A stretch of DNA of 22,743 nucleotides, taken from Candidatus Hermodarchaeota archaeon. GTDB taxonomy: Archaea > Asgardarchaeota > Heimdallarchaeia > Hodarchaeales > Hodarchaeaceae. A program made the translations under genes and the position numbers. This document shows positions 1 to 9,121 of the stretch, one piece after another. How positions within the stretch are numbered: the stretch's first letter is position 1; each line of letters begins with the position of its first letter. Below the pieces are notes generated by a model, which was not told the DNA's origin, did no database searches, and saw nothing but the letters and a program-made list of their open reading frames with translations. Location of the stretch: assembly GCA_048886185.1 (NCBI GenBank), contig JBHLKY010000021.1, forward strand, positions 36,886 to 59,628. The letters are read 5' to 3'.

Positions 1-1425
1 TTGGATGGTCAAGATATTTGCAATAAAACAGTTGAATTAGCTTTAGAAAACGATGCTACTTATGCAGAGGCCAGATTTGAGTCATCACAATATACCCAAT
101 TTGTTTTGAAAAATGGAATACCAGAGCTAGGAGAGTTTGATCGAACCTCTGGAGTTGGGGTTCGAGTCCTTGTTGATGGGGCAATGGGGTTTGCATCTTT
201 TAATGTTTTAGATAAAGAAAACATAAGAGAAGCAGTGAAACAGGCAACCAAACTAGCAAGAACCAGTGGACGACTAAGAAAACATCCCATTGTGTTCTCC
301 GAAGAAAAAGCTCAGGAAATGAAATATGCGGCAGAAGTATCTCAAGCTCCAAGGGAAACGGATCCTGAAGAGAAAATGAAGATATTATTTGATATTGACA
401 AAGGAATTTCATCCCTTCCTATTCCATATAGAATTGTTATCCTGCTTGATACAGAGAGTCAAGGATATTATGTTAATTCTGATGGTTCCCGAATTGAAAG
501 CTATATTCCCAGAATATTTTTCTATGGATTGTTAACTGCTGTCGATCAATCTAGAGGAGCTATGGAACAGGCCTATTTTTCAAAGGGCGCTACAGGTGGT
601 TACGAATGGATCGAGAAGTGGAATCTAATTACTTTTTTAGAACAAGAAGCGAAAATTCTATCACGAGTAGCCTCTGAGGCTAAAGACCCACCAAAAGGAA
701 TGGTTGATTTCGTGATAGGCCCAAGTGTAGCTGGAATAATAGCTCATGAGAATTGTGGCCATCCTTCAGAGGCTGACCGGATTCTTGGGCGGGAAGCAGC
801 TCAAGCAGGGGAATCATATTTGGGACCTGATAAATTGGGGGAAAAAATAGGATCTGATTATCTTACAATAATTGATGATCCTACAACAATCGGCTCTTAT
901 GGATATTATCTGTTTGACGCAGAAGGAGTGCCTGCTAGACCTCGCTATCTGATAAAAAATGGAGTTTTTACTGAAATGTTACATAATAGGGAATCAGCTG
1001 GATTTTTGAACACTCAATCAACTGGAGCAGCACGTGTATCGGCTTATAATCGTGAACCAATTCCAAGGATGTCCAATACTTATATTACTGGAGGGGATTA
1101 TGAATTTGAAGAGATTTTCGAAGATGTTAAGGTGGGTATTTTCATGAAAAATCACTCTGAATGGAATATCGATGATCGTCGTTTCCAAAGTAAATATATC
1201 GGTAGAGAAGCCTATCTCATTCGTAATGGTGAATTGACTGATGAATTAGTAAGAAGACCCGTATTAGAGACCACAACACCTGATTTATTTCGTGCTATAG
1301 ACGCTGCGAGTAAAAAATTAGAATTTGATGCTGCCATGTGTGGTAAGGGTGATCCTATGCAAGTTGCACCTGTATGGAACGGTGGAGCTGAAGCAACTCG
1401 AATTAGGAGTATTATGGTGAGGTAA
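1..1425 (+). CDS. tldD: TldD family metalloprotease (TldD/PmbA family, catalytic subunit)
   Basis: 474-aa ORF with the TldD zinc motif HExxGH (AHENCGHPSEADR), RMSNTYI and the C-terminal CGKGDPMQ motif. It abuts a PmbA paralogue. The TTG start is base 1 of the window, so the true start could lie upstream. Confidence 0.93.
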   Translation: MDGQDICNKTVELALENDATYAEARFESSQYTQFVLKNGIPELGEFDRTSGVGVRVLVDGAMGFASFNVLDKENIREAVKQATKLARTSGRLRKHPIVFSEEKAQEMKYAAEVSQAPRETDPEEKMKILFDIDKGISSLPIPYRIVILLDTESQGYYVNSDGSRIESYIPRIFFYGLLTAVDQSRGAMEQAYFSKGATGGYEWIEKWNLITFLEQEAKILSRVASEAKDPPKGMVDFVIGPSVAGIIAHENCGHPSEADRILGREAAQAGESYLGPDKLGEKIGSDYLTIIDDPTTIGSYGYYLFDAEGVPARPRYLIKNGVFTEMLHNRESAGFLNTQSTGAARVSAYNREPIPRMSNTYITGGDYEFEEIFEDVKVGIFMKNHSEWNIDDRRFQSKYIGREAYLIRNGELTDELVRRPVLETTTPDLFRAIDAASKKLEFDAAMCGKGDPMQVAPVWNGGAEATRIRSIMVR

Positions 1426-2793
1426 ATGACGAGTAATCAGACAGAAGTTTTAACATTAGATACAATCTTGGAGAAATCTCTTAGATATTTGGAGAAGACA
1501 TCTCCTGAAGATGTGATTGTATATGGGAATGACAATATAAATTTTCAGATACGATTCACTAGGAATGATATAATTGTGAGTAAACGATGGGCAAATATTG
1601 AGTTAGGATTTTTTTATGTTAAAGATAAAAAAATGGCAGCAACAGAAATCTCAGACATTTCATCTCTTGAATTAATCTATCACACATTGGATGACTTGAT
1701 TAAGTTCAGTCGAGCTCTTCCTCCAAAAGAAGATTATGGAGGTATAGCAGAAGGGCCTTTTGAGTACCAGTCTGTTCCAGATTTATACGATGAAAAGATA
1801 ATGGATTTCTCTGATAAAGCTGTCGATCAAATAGAACAAGGTCTTAACAGTGCTTTGGAGGCTGGGGCTAAACATAGCGCTGGAATTCTTGAATGGGGTT
1901 ATTCTAATCATAAGACTCTGACTAATCATGCTATAGACGTTACTGAAATCTTTTCGAGGTTTGAATTCTTAATTCGATCATTTGTTGAACCAACAGAGTC
2001 TGGTCAAGGAATGAGTGTTGGAAGAATGCTCAGATCACTAGATACTTTGCAAGCAGGGAATACTGCGGGGACCATTGCCGCTTTAGCGAGAGGAGCAAAA
2101 TCTGGTAAAGCAGGAATCTATAATGCACTGTTATCACCTACAGTAGTTGCAGATATCATTGCAGGTACAGTGAAGAACGCAAATCCCTTCACAATTGAAA
2201 TTGGCCAATCTTGGTTGAAAGATAAGGTAGGAGAACAAATAGCATCTAGTCTCTTCTCCGCGTATGATAATGCAGTAATTCCCGATGCTTTGGGAAGTCG
2301 CAAAGCAGATATGGAAGGAGTCCCGAGTCAAAATACAAGTATCTTAGAAAAAGGTGTATTAAAGAATCTCATCCATAATACAAGCACAGCTAATAAAGCT
2401 GATACAGAAACAACAGCTAATGCTGGGATTATTGCTCCCCAAAATAGTAATATAATGATTAAACCAGGGAATTACTCCTTTAAGGAGATGATAGATGAAT
2501 GTAGAAAACCTACAATCTATGTTACATCTAATTTTTATACAAGAACAACTAATGCAGCAGAGGGTACATTTAGTACCATTCCCAGAGATGGTATGTTTTT
2601 GATTGAGAAAGGTGAGATTAAAAAACCTATTCGGGAGCTTCGGATTTCTGATACATTTCCTAACCTCGTGAATAACATAATTGCAGTTCAGAATAAAACC
2701 CGTCAAATAAAATGGTGGGTCGAGGTGACCACTCCAACGTTAGCTCCAGCAATGTTGATTGAAAATGTCAACTTCACAACAGGTACCCAATAA
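1426..2793 (+). CDS. pmbA: PmbA/TldE family protein (non-catalytic partner of TldD)
   Basis: 455 aa; its ATG follows the tldD TAA directly (TAAATG). TldD/PmbA-type segments DMEGVP...ILEKGVL, GMFLIEKGEI and PAMLIENVNFT are present, but there is no HExxGH motif. Confidence 0.9.
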   Translation: MTSNQTEVLTLDTILEKSLRYLEKTSPEDVIVYGNDNINFQIRFTRNDIIVSKRWANIELGFFYVKDKKMAATEISDISSLELIYHTLDDLIKFSRALPPKEDYGGIAEGPFEYQSVPDLYDEKIMDFSDKAVDQIEQGLNSALEAGAKHSAGILEWGYSNHKTLTNHAIDVTEIFSRFEFLIRSFVEPTESGQGMSVGRMLRSLDTLQAGNTAGTIAALARGAKSGKAGIYNALLSPTVVADIIAGTVKNANPFTIEIGQSWLKDKVGEQIASSLFSAYDNAVIPDALGSRKADMEGVPSQNTSILEKGVLKNLIHNTSTANKADTETTANAGIIAPQNSNIMIKPGNYSFKEMIDECRKPTIYVTSNFYTRTTNAAEGTFSTIPRDGMFLIEKGEIKKPIRELRISDTFPNLVNNIIAVQNKTRQIKWWVEVTTPTLAPAMLIENVNFTTGTQ

Positions 2794-2798
2794 ATTCG

Positions 2799-4205
2799 TT
2801 ACTTATCTAATTGTGGTTCTACATAAATGTAGATATGAGTTTTCCCTTTAACTTCCCTTGCTATCGCCTCCTCTAAGTCCTTTGTGGCCTTGTGAATTTC
2901 TTCAATTGATAAATTTGGATCAGCATTACAATGAAGTATAATAAAAATCCCAGATGGTATTGTAGATAATTTAATACCATGAGGATTATAAAGAATCTCA
3001 TTTTTTTCGGTTAATAACCTAATTCTATCTTCTAATCCTTCTAAATTTACCTTTATACTTTCTACATCCTTAAAAGGTTCTATATGAATCGTTAAGAGGT
3101 TATCATCAATACGAGAATCAATTTCATGTAATCTTTTTTTGTAATTATCGAGTTTGTCATGGATCTCTCCTAAGGATTTTTGGCCTTCGACTTCAATGTG
3201 AAGAGCTGTTGATAATTTTCCTTTATATTCTACTGTAGAAATATTATGAATATTAAATATCCATTCAGCACGCTTTCCTTCTTTTCTAATCGCTTTAATT
3301 ACTGGTGCCAAATCTTCAGATGTTGGATCCATGTGTACACTTACGTCAGCGTGTTTTATGACTTCCTGAATTGCTATTGTAACGTTTTCTGCAATTGAAT
3401 GAGCTTTCTCTAATGATAGATTTGGATCGACAACAATAGTGAGATCTACAAATGTGATGATACCTGATTTCCTTAATCGTATTTTCTCACAAGAAATAAC
3501 CCCCTCTACGTGTTCTGTTACTAATCGGACTTTCTCTTTTTCTCCAAGAGGCGCACGATCTAGAAGAGAATCTACTGTTTCCTTTCCTAAATTGATTGTC
3601 ATTACTAGAACGATAATAGCGACCCCTATTGCTGCGAGCGGATCTCCTATTGGATAACCAATCATAGCAAAGATCAATCCGACAAAGACTACTGAAGAGC
3701 TTAAGATGTCTGTACTAAAATGAAGAGCATCCGCTTTAAGTGCTTGACTGTCATATTTTTTTGCCATCCTATATAGTAATCTACTTCTAGAATAATCAAT
3801 TATGATTGCTAAGATTACAACTCCAAAAGTAATGGGATGAGTGATGATTTCTAGTTCATTAAGTACAATTCTCCTCACAGCTTCATACATAATCCAAATT
3901 ATCGTGATTAAGAGGAGAAGCGTTTCAACTAACGCTGATAAGCTTTCTATTTTCCCATGACCAAACTGATGATCTAGATCTGCAGGTTTTGAGGAAGATC
4001 GAACCGCTAAAAGTGTGACTCCTGCAGCTAAAAGATCTAAAGCTGAATGGAGTGCTTCAGAAAGGATCCCCAAACTACCACTCCAAATACCAACAACAAA
4101 CTTTATTACTGTTAAGAATATTGCTGCAATAACGGAGGAAGAAGCTGCGTATGTTTTTTCATCCATTTTCAAAAATTCTAATATTTTGGATTTATTTTCA
4201 GGCAT
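2799..4205 (-). CDS. Cation diffusion facilitator (FieF/CzcD-like) metal transporter with three tandem C-terminal dimerisation domains
   Basis: Six hydrophobic TM segments. Metal-site motifs HSALD (TM2) and HFSTD (TM5), plus HQFGHGKIE. Three C-terminal repeats end VHMDP, IHIEP and IYVEP. I chose the ATG at 4205 because GGAG lies 6 nt upstream; the ORF track extends to a TTG at 4217. Confidence 0.92.
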   Translation of the reverse strand: MPENKSKILEFLKMDEKTYAASSSVIAAIFLTVIKFVVGIWSGSLGILSEALHSALDLLAAGVTLLAVRSSSKPADLDHQFGHGKIESLSALVETLLLLITIIWIMYEAVRRIVLNELEIITHPITFGVVILAIIIDYSRSRLLYRMAKKYDSQALKADALHFSTDILSSSVVFVGLIFAMIGYPIGDPLAAIGVAIIVLVMTINLGKETVDSLLDRAPLGEKEKVRLVTEHVEGVISCEKIRLRKSGIITFVDLTIVVDPNLSLEKAHSIAENVTIAIQEVIKHADVSVHMDPTSEDLAPVIKAIRKEGKRAEWIFNIHNISTVEYKGKLSTALHIEVEGQKSLGEIHDKLDNYKKRLHEIDSRIDDNLLTIHIEPFKDVESIKVNLEGLEDRIRLLTEKNEILYNPHGIKLSTIPSGIFIILHCNADPNLSIEEIHKATKDLEEAIAREVKGKTHIYIYVEPQLDK

Positions 4206-4452
4206 ATTTTTCTCCAAAAGCTACCATTCCTGATTAAAGAGTCGGAAATCGAGATTCCAGTTAGATTTAATAGAGTTTATGAATGTTATAAGGAAATTTG
4301 TCATTATCGATATCGTGACAACTTTAATCTTACACTTTTCTATTTAGAGTTTTTTTGTTTAATTCAACCCAAAATTTTTTCAGTGATTATAAAATCTTAG
4401 CAACTGCATTTATGGATCAGCGGGAACTGTCTTATTTGGTGAATTCTTAGGT

Positions 4453-5493
4453 ATGAAAACTTATCATAAGATTTTTTTTAGTAATTCTAGTAATATGAAG
4501 GAAATCCTTTCTGAAAGTGTTGATCTAGTAGTAACAAGTCCCCCTTACCCGATCATTGAATTATGGGATGAGCTCTTTGCTGGAATAAACCCAGAAATTC
4601 AAAAAGCATTAGCTGCACATGATGGGCTTTTGATATTTGAATTAATGCATAAAGAACTTGATAGAGTCTGGAGAGAAGTCTATCGTGTTTTGAAAAAAGG
4701 TGGAATTGCTGCTATTAATATTGGAGATGCTGTTCGAACAATTGGAAACAACTTTATGCTCTATCCAAACCATTCAAGAGTATTAAATTATTTTCTTGAT
4801 CTAGGATTCAGTTCCTTACCAGTGATCATATGGCATAAACCAACAAATGCCCCTAATAAGTTCATGGGATCTGGAATGTTACCTCCTGGCGCATATGTCA
4901 CATTAGAGCATGAATACATCTTGATCTTAAGAAAAGGTGGAAAAAGAGAGTTTAATGAATTCCAAGAAAAGATGATTAGACAAAAAAGCTCTTATTTTTG
5001 GGAAGAACGGAATACTTGGTTTTCTGACCAATGGTACATGAAAGGAATGCCTCAAAACCTTGATGTTGGAACAAGAGATAGAAGTGCTGCTTTCCCTTTC
5101 GAGTTGCCTTATCGTCTCATAAATATGTTTTCAATCAAATATGATTTGATTTTAGACCCATTTCTTGGTACAGGTACAACAACGCTGGCAGCGATGACTT
5201 CAGGTAGGAATAGTATTGGTTTCGAATTAGACGCAAAGCTGGAAGAAATAATTTTTCAACGAATAAATAATATTCAGAAACTTGCTAATCAATACCTAGC
5301 AGAACGCTTGCGGAGGCATGAAATTTTCGTTCAAGAAAGACTGGCCAAGGGAAAACCTTTGAAACACATAAATAATGTGCATAATTTTCCTGTGATAACA
5401 AAACAAGAAGAATACCTGACTTTTGATTTTTTAAGAGCTGTATATCCAAAAGAAAACAATCACTTTGAAGTAATTTATGAGGAGAAGGTATAA
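4453..5493 (+). CDS. Orphan beta-class DNA methyltransferase (N4-cytosine type, SPPY)
   Basis: Catalytic motif IV (DLVVTSPPY) precedes SAM-binding motif I (ILDPFLGTGTT), which is the beta-class order. A GGTGA RBS lies at 4438-4442. No nuclease gene is adjacent. Confidence 0.93.
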   Translation: MKTYHKIFFSNSSNMKEILSESVDLVVTSPPYPIIELWDELFAGINPEIQKALAAHDGLLIFELMHKELDRVWREVYRVLKKGGIAAINIGDAVRTIGNNFMLYPNHSRVLNYFLDLGFSSLPVIIWHKPTNAPNKFMGSGMLPPGAYVTLEHEYILILRKGGKREFNEFQEKMIRQKSSYFWEERNTWFSDQWYMKGMPQNLDVGTRDRSAAFPFELPYRLINMFSIKYDLILDPFLGTGTTTLAAMTSGRNSIGFELDAKLEEIIFQRINNIQKLANQYLAERLRRHEIFVQERLAKGKPLKHINNVHNFPVITKQEEYLTFDFLRAVYPKENNHFEVIYEEKV

Positions 5494-5521
5494 TTCCCCC
5501 TTCAAAAGTACGTGAATCATT

Positions 5522-6745
5522 ATGGGTGTAAAAATTCCTCAAATTACTCCAAACGAATTAAAACGGGTGTTAATTGTTGGTTGTCATTTACATCATTGGC
5601 AAGGTAACGATATTAGAAGAATAATTCAAGAACAGGGAATAGTTCAACTTGATCCTTTAAATCCAGCAGGCAGATATCATGATATCTTTTTCAGCTCTCG
5701 TACGCAAAAATATCAACAAGGAGACTTTGAAAAAATTGTCTATCCTGAAAAATTAGTATTTGAATCTTATTTTCATAATTTAAACGCGATTCATATTGAT
5801 CATTTTCCTCTTTTCTATTCTCAAACTCTTGATAAAGAACATCTAGGTAGATATTATAGCCGAGCGCTAAGAATACTTGAACAATCACACCCAGATATGC
5901 TTGATCAGGTTTTAGATTATGTACAAGCTCATAGTATAATACGGGGTTCTGATCTAACCACTCTAGGAAAAGCTGACCCCAAATATGCAGTATGGAAAAC
6001 TAGTAGTAATTCAGGAACAGCTCTTGAGTTACTCTGGGCTATGGGGAAATTGGCTGTTATTCGTGACGATAATTTTAGAAAAACTTATGTTACTATAGAA
6101 AATTATATTGAACCATCTAAGCTTGTTAAGAAATCTTATTCAAAAGAAGAACAACAATATTTGAAGATGAAACTTAAACTACAGAGTTTTCCCATCATTT
6201 CTGTAGGCAAATTGTCTATTAAGAAGGACGGAAATGTAAGATTTGGAAAAAAAACAGGTATTTCTCCTAAAAAAGTGCTTATAGATGAGGAATCTAGCGA
6301 GAGATTATCACCCACCCTCGTTCAGTTAAACAATGAAGCTACAGGATATATTATACCTTCAAACTGGAAGGATTTGTGTCAAAAAAATTTAGATGAAGAA
6401 ATGAGAGTTATTGGTCCATTAGATCCACTTATTTGGGATAGACAACTATTGAATAAGTTATTCAGCTTTGATTATGTATGGGAAGTCTACAAAAAAGTTG
6501 AAGATCGAATTTGGGGTTATTATGTCTATCCAATTCTTTTTCAAGGTAATTTTATTGGAAGATTAGAAGCAAAGTATGAATCCAAGTCATTAAAACTTCG
6601 TCTGTTCAATTTTCAAGCTGAAAATCACTTATCTCTTAGCCCAGATACAGAAGAAGCATTTAATCGAATGTTAAGTAGGTGGAAGAATATGGTTGGGGCA
6701 GAAAAACTTGAATATGATAAATCAATACCATTCGCAATGATTTGA
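5522..6745 (+). CDS. ycaQ: YcaQ/AlkZ (HTH_42 winged-helix) family DNA glycosylase, interstrand-crosslink repair type
   Basis: N-terminal Q-x-D catalytic motif (VQLDP). The C-terminal blocks PLDPLIWDR, FDYVWEVY and RIWGYYVYPIL...FIGRLE match the YcaQ pattern. Confidence 0.88.
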   Translation: MGVKIPQITPNELKRVLIVGCHLHHWQGNDIRRIIQEQGIVQLDPLNPAGRYHDIFFSSRTQKYQQGDFEKIVYPEKLVFESYFHNLNAIHIDHFPLFYSQTLDKEHLGRYYSRALRILEQSHPDMLDQVLDYVQAHSIIRGSDLTTLGKADPKYAVWKTSSNSGTALELLWAMGKLAVIRDDNFRKTYVTIENYIEPSKLVKKSYSKEEQQYLKMKLKLQSFPIISVGKLSIKKDGNVRFGKKTGISPKKVLIDEESSERLSPTLVQLNNEATGYIIPSNWKDLCQKNLDEEMRVIGPLDPLIWDRQLLNKLFSFDYVWEVYKKVEDRIWGYYVYPILFQGNFIGRLEAKYESKSLKLRLFNFQAENHLSLSPDTEEAFNRMLSRWKNMVGAEKLEYDKSIPFAMI

Positions 6746-6854
6746 TCTCTAAATTTTCTTTTAATGTAGAACAATTTGTATTAATAGAAAAAATTTTGGC
6801 TATTTTTGAAGCTTGTAGTAATTAAAAAAGTAAATATACGGTGAGAGATGAAAA

Positions 6855-8159
6855 TTGGCAAAAGAGAAAATTGAATGGTACCATGATTTTATAGATAGAG
6901 AATATCAACCTAAGGAAAACGACCTGGTTGCTCTTTTTTACTTTGAGAAATCGAATGAAGTGTCTATAGACGATACTATAGGCAGATTGGCATCTGAGTC
7001 ATCAATTGGAACTTGGACCACTTTAGAAACACTCGATGATCGAATTTATGATATGCGTGGACGTGCTTTCTGGAATGAAGAGCATTTAGTTAAAATTGCT
7101 TATCCTTTAGTTTTATGGGAGCTAGACAACATTCCACAACTCATGTCAGGAATAGCTGGAAATATCTTTGGAATGAAAGCTGTCCAGAATTTAAGATTGA
7201 TTGATGCTACTTTACCATTAGATTATATTAAGGGTTCCAAAGGCCCTCATTTGGGTACTGAAGCCATTCAGTCAATTTTCAAGAGGGAGGAAGGACCATT
7301 GCTTGCCTGTGTTCCTAAACCAAAGATTGGTTTGACTGTGGAACAGCATTGTGCCATTGCATGGGACTTTTGGAGTGCTGGAGGGGATCTAGTGAAAGAT
7401 GACGAAAATCTAACCTCTCAATCGTTTAATATTTTTGAGAAACGCGTCGAACAAATGGCGAGAGTTCGAGATAAGGCAGAGAATGAAACAGGTGAAATAA
7501 AAGATGCGCTTATCAATGTAACTGCCGAAACACATGAGATGGAAGAGCGGGTCAAGCTTATTCATAATCATGGATTTAGGTATTTTATGATTGATGTCGT
7601 TACAACTGGTTTTGCAAGTGTTCAGACCATAAGGAATCTTGCCGAGGATCTTGATATGGCAATACATGCACATAGAGCTATGCATGCAACCTTTACTAAA
7701 CATACATCCCATGGGATCAGTATGTATTTCTTGGCGAAATTAATGAGATTAATTGGTGTCGATAATATCCATATTGGAACTGTAGTAGGTAAGCTTGACA
7801 GTCCGAAAGAAGATGTTTTAGATATGAGAGATCTTTTACTCAAATCAGAAGTAAGTGAGGTAAAGAATAGAAGACTCTCTCAATCATGGGGTAATATTAA
7901 GCCTACATTACCAGTTGCTTCTGGAGGACTGCACCCTGGCGTAATTCCTGAAGTATTATCTGTCTATGGAACGACTGATATGCTTCTTCAAGTTGGTGGG
8001 GGCATTCACGGTCATCCTGACGGCACCTATGGAGGAACGAAAGCTACTGTTCAGGCAATAGAAGCATTTCAAGAAGGAATTTCGTTGGAAGAAAAAAGTA
8101 AATCACATCCTGAGCTTCAGAAAGCCTTGAAGAAATGGAGTTATTTAAAACCAATCTAG
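6855..8159 (+). CDS. rbcL: Form III (archaeal) ribulose-1,5-bisphosphate carboxylase large subunit
   Basis: All canonical active-site motifs are present: ESSIGTW, AGNIFGM, VPKPKIG, GGDLVKDDEN (carbamylated Lys), HAHRAMH, HIGTVVGK, VASGGLH and GGGIHGHP. 434 aa, no small subunit nearby. TTG start with GGTGA about 10 nt upstream. Confidence 0.96.
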   Translation: MAKEKIEWYHDFIDREYQPKENDLVALFYFEKSNEVSIDDTIGRLASESSIGTWTTLETLDDRIYDMRGRAFWNEEHLVKIAYPLVLWELDNIPQLMSGIAGNIFGMKAVQNLRLIDATLPLDYIKGSKGPHLGTEAIQSIFKREEGPLLACVPKPKIGLTVEQHCAIAWDFWSAGGDLVKDDENLTSQSFNIFEKRVEQMARVRDKAENETGEIKDALINVTAETHEMEERVKLIHNHGFRYFMIDVVTTGFASVQTIRNLAEDLDMAIHAHRAMHATFTKHTSHGISMYFLAKLMRLIGVDNIHIGTVVGKLDSPKEDVLDMRDLLLKSEVSEVKNRRLSQSWGNIKPTLPVASGGLHPGVIPEVLSVYGTTDMLLQVGGGIHGHPDGTYGGTKATVQAIEAFQEGISLEEKSKSHPELQKALKKWSYLKPI

Positions 8160-8216
8160 ATCCCTTGACAAACTTCTCAAGATAATCAACAATACCCAAA
8201 AAATTAGGAAGAAGAA

Positions 8217-9038
8217 TTATTTTTTGTGTTTCTTCCTCAAAATGATTAACAGTCCGATTGGAACAACTGATATGAATAGCGATGGGTAATTTGCACCAGT
8301 AGGAGGATGAATATCTACTGTGTTGCTTACAGTGAGGTTATCAAATACTGTGTCGCCAAACCATGATCCGAATATGAAGTTTTCAGAAGTAGTGGTAGTT
8401 TTATCGACAACTTTGAAAACATGCTCACTGTTAATATAGATATTAAATTCTCCAGCAATATTACGGGTAATGTCTATGTGAAACAATCCTTCTAGTGCCT
8501 TTGGGAATTGAAAATAATTTAAAATGACCCAATACTTGGAGGTTTCAATGAATTCAGCTAATGTTACCGCGTGAGGCTTAAGTGAATCTTCTCGTTTCTC
8601 ATCCGAAGTTAAAACTAGCACATACCCAGTGAAATTCTTGGGGATCTCCCCAGATTCTTCAGTGGGACCATAATTATTCGCAATGAAGCAAACAACATCA
8701 TATGCTTGATGATCTGAACCAATGCTGATAAGCCAGTCAAAACTCCACGTGCCATACGCAATGGCACTAGAATGAACAGCTTGACTATAATTCCATTTAT
8801 CTTGAGTATTGGGCATTTTTAAAATTCCATTTTCAATTGTCGGAGCGAAATTTTGATTCATAACACAATCAAGTGTTACGCTTATCAAGTCAAATCCTTG
8901 GAGTTTCCACTCATCTGCAGTAGTAAAATCTTCTGACCAGACTATTTTTGCTGTTCCTTGAATTATCGGACTGATGATTAGAAATTCAAGTAAAATTCCT
9001 ATTAGCACGATTAATATGCTATATTTTTTTCGTTTCAT
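8217..9038 (-). CDS. Secreted/surface protein, probable concanavalin A-like beta-sandwich, with C-terminal TM anchor and basic tail
   Basis: Signal peptide MKRKKYSILIVLIGILL... A beta-rich core carries WSEDF, HIDITRNIAGEFNIYIN and FDNLTVS. The C-terminus is a Thr/Pro linker, a hydrophobic helix and RKKHKK. The fold call is pattern recognition only. Confidence 0.75.
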   Translation of the reverse strand: MKRKKYSILIVLIGILLEFLIISPIIQGTAKIVWSEDFTTADEWKLQGFDLISVTLDCVMNQNFAPTIENGILKMPNTQDKWNYSQAVHSSAIAYGTWSFDWLISIGSDHQAYDVVCFIANNYGPTEESGEIPKNFTGYVLVLTSDEKREDSLKPHAVTLAEFIETSKYWVILNYFQFPKALEGLFHIDITRNIAGEFNIYINSEHVFKVVDKTTTTSENFIFGSWFGDTVFDNLTVSNTVDIHPPTGANYPSLFISVVPIGLLIILRKKHKK

Positions 9039-9121
9039 ATTTTTTCTTCCCTTATTCTAAAATAGAGTTTTCATGTCATATCAAGTTTAACTTTCTCTAA
9101 ATATTGCTTCATTGTGATTCG

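Noticed and set aside
60-2706. Short minus-strand ORFs (60-290, 200-412, 2118-2303, 2134-2331, 2359-2706)
   Set aside because: All lie antisense within tldD or pmbA and show no independent coding signal.
4453-5493. Complete type II restriction-modification system
   Set aside because: Neither flank encodes a recognisable restriction endonuclease.
6855-8159. Calvin-cycle autotrophy, or a form IV RuBisCO-like protein
   Set aside because: No PRK or small subunit is visible, which argues against claiming autotrophy. The intact catalytic residues argue against form IV.
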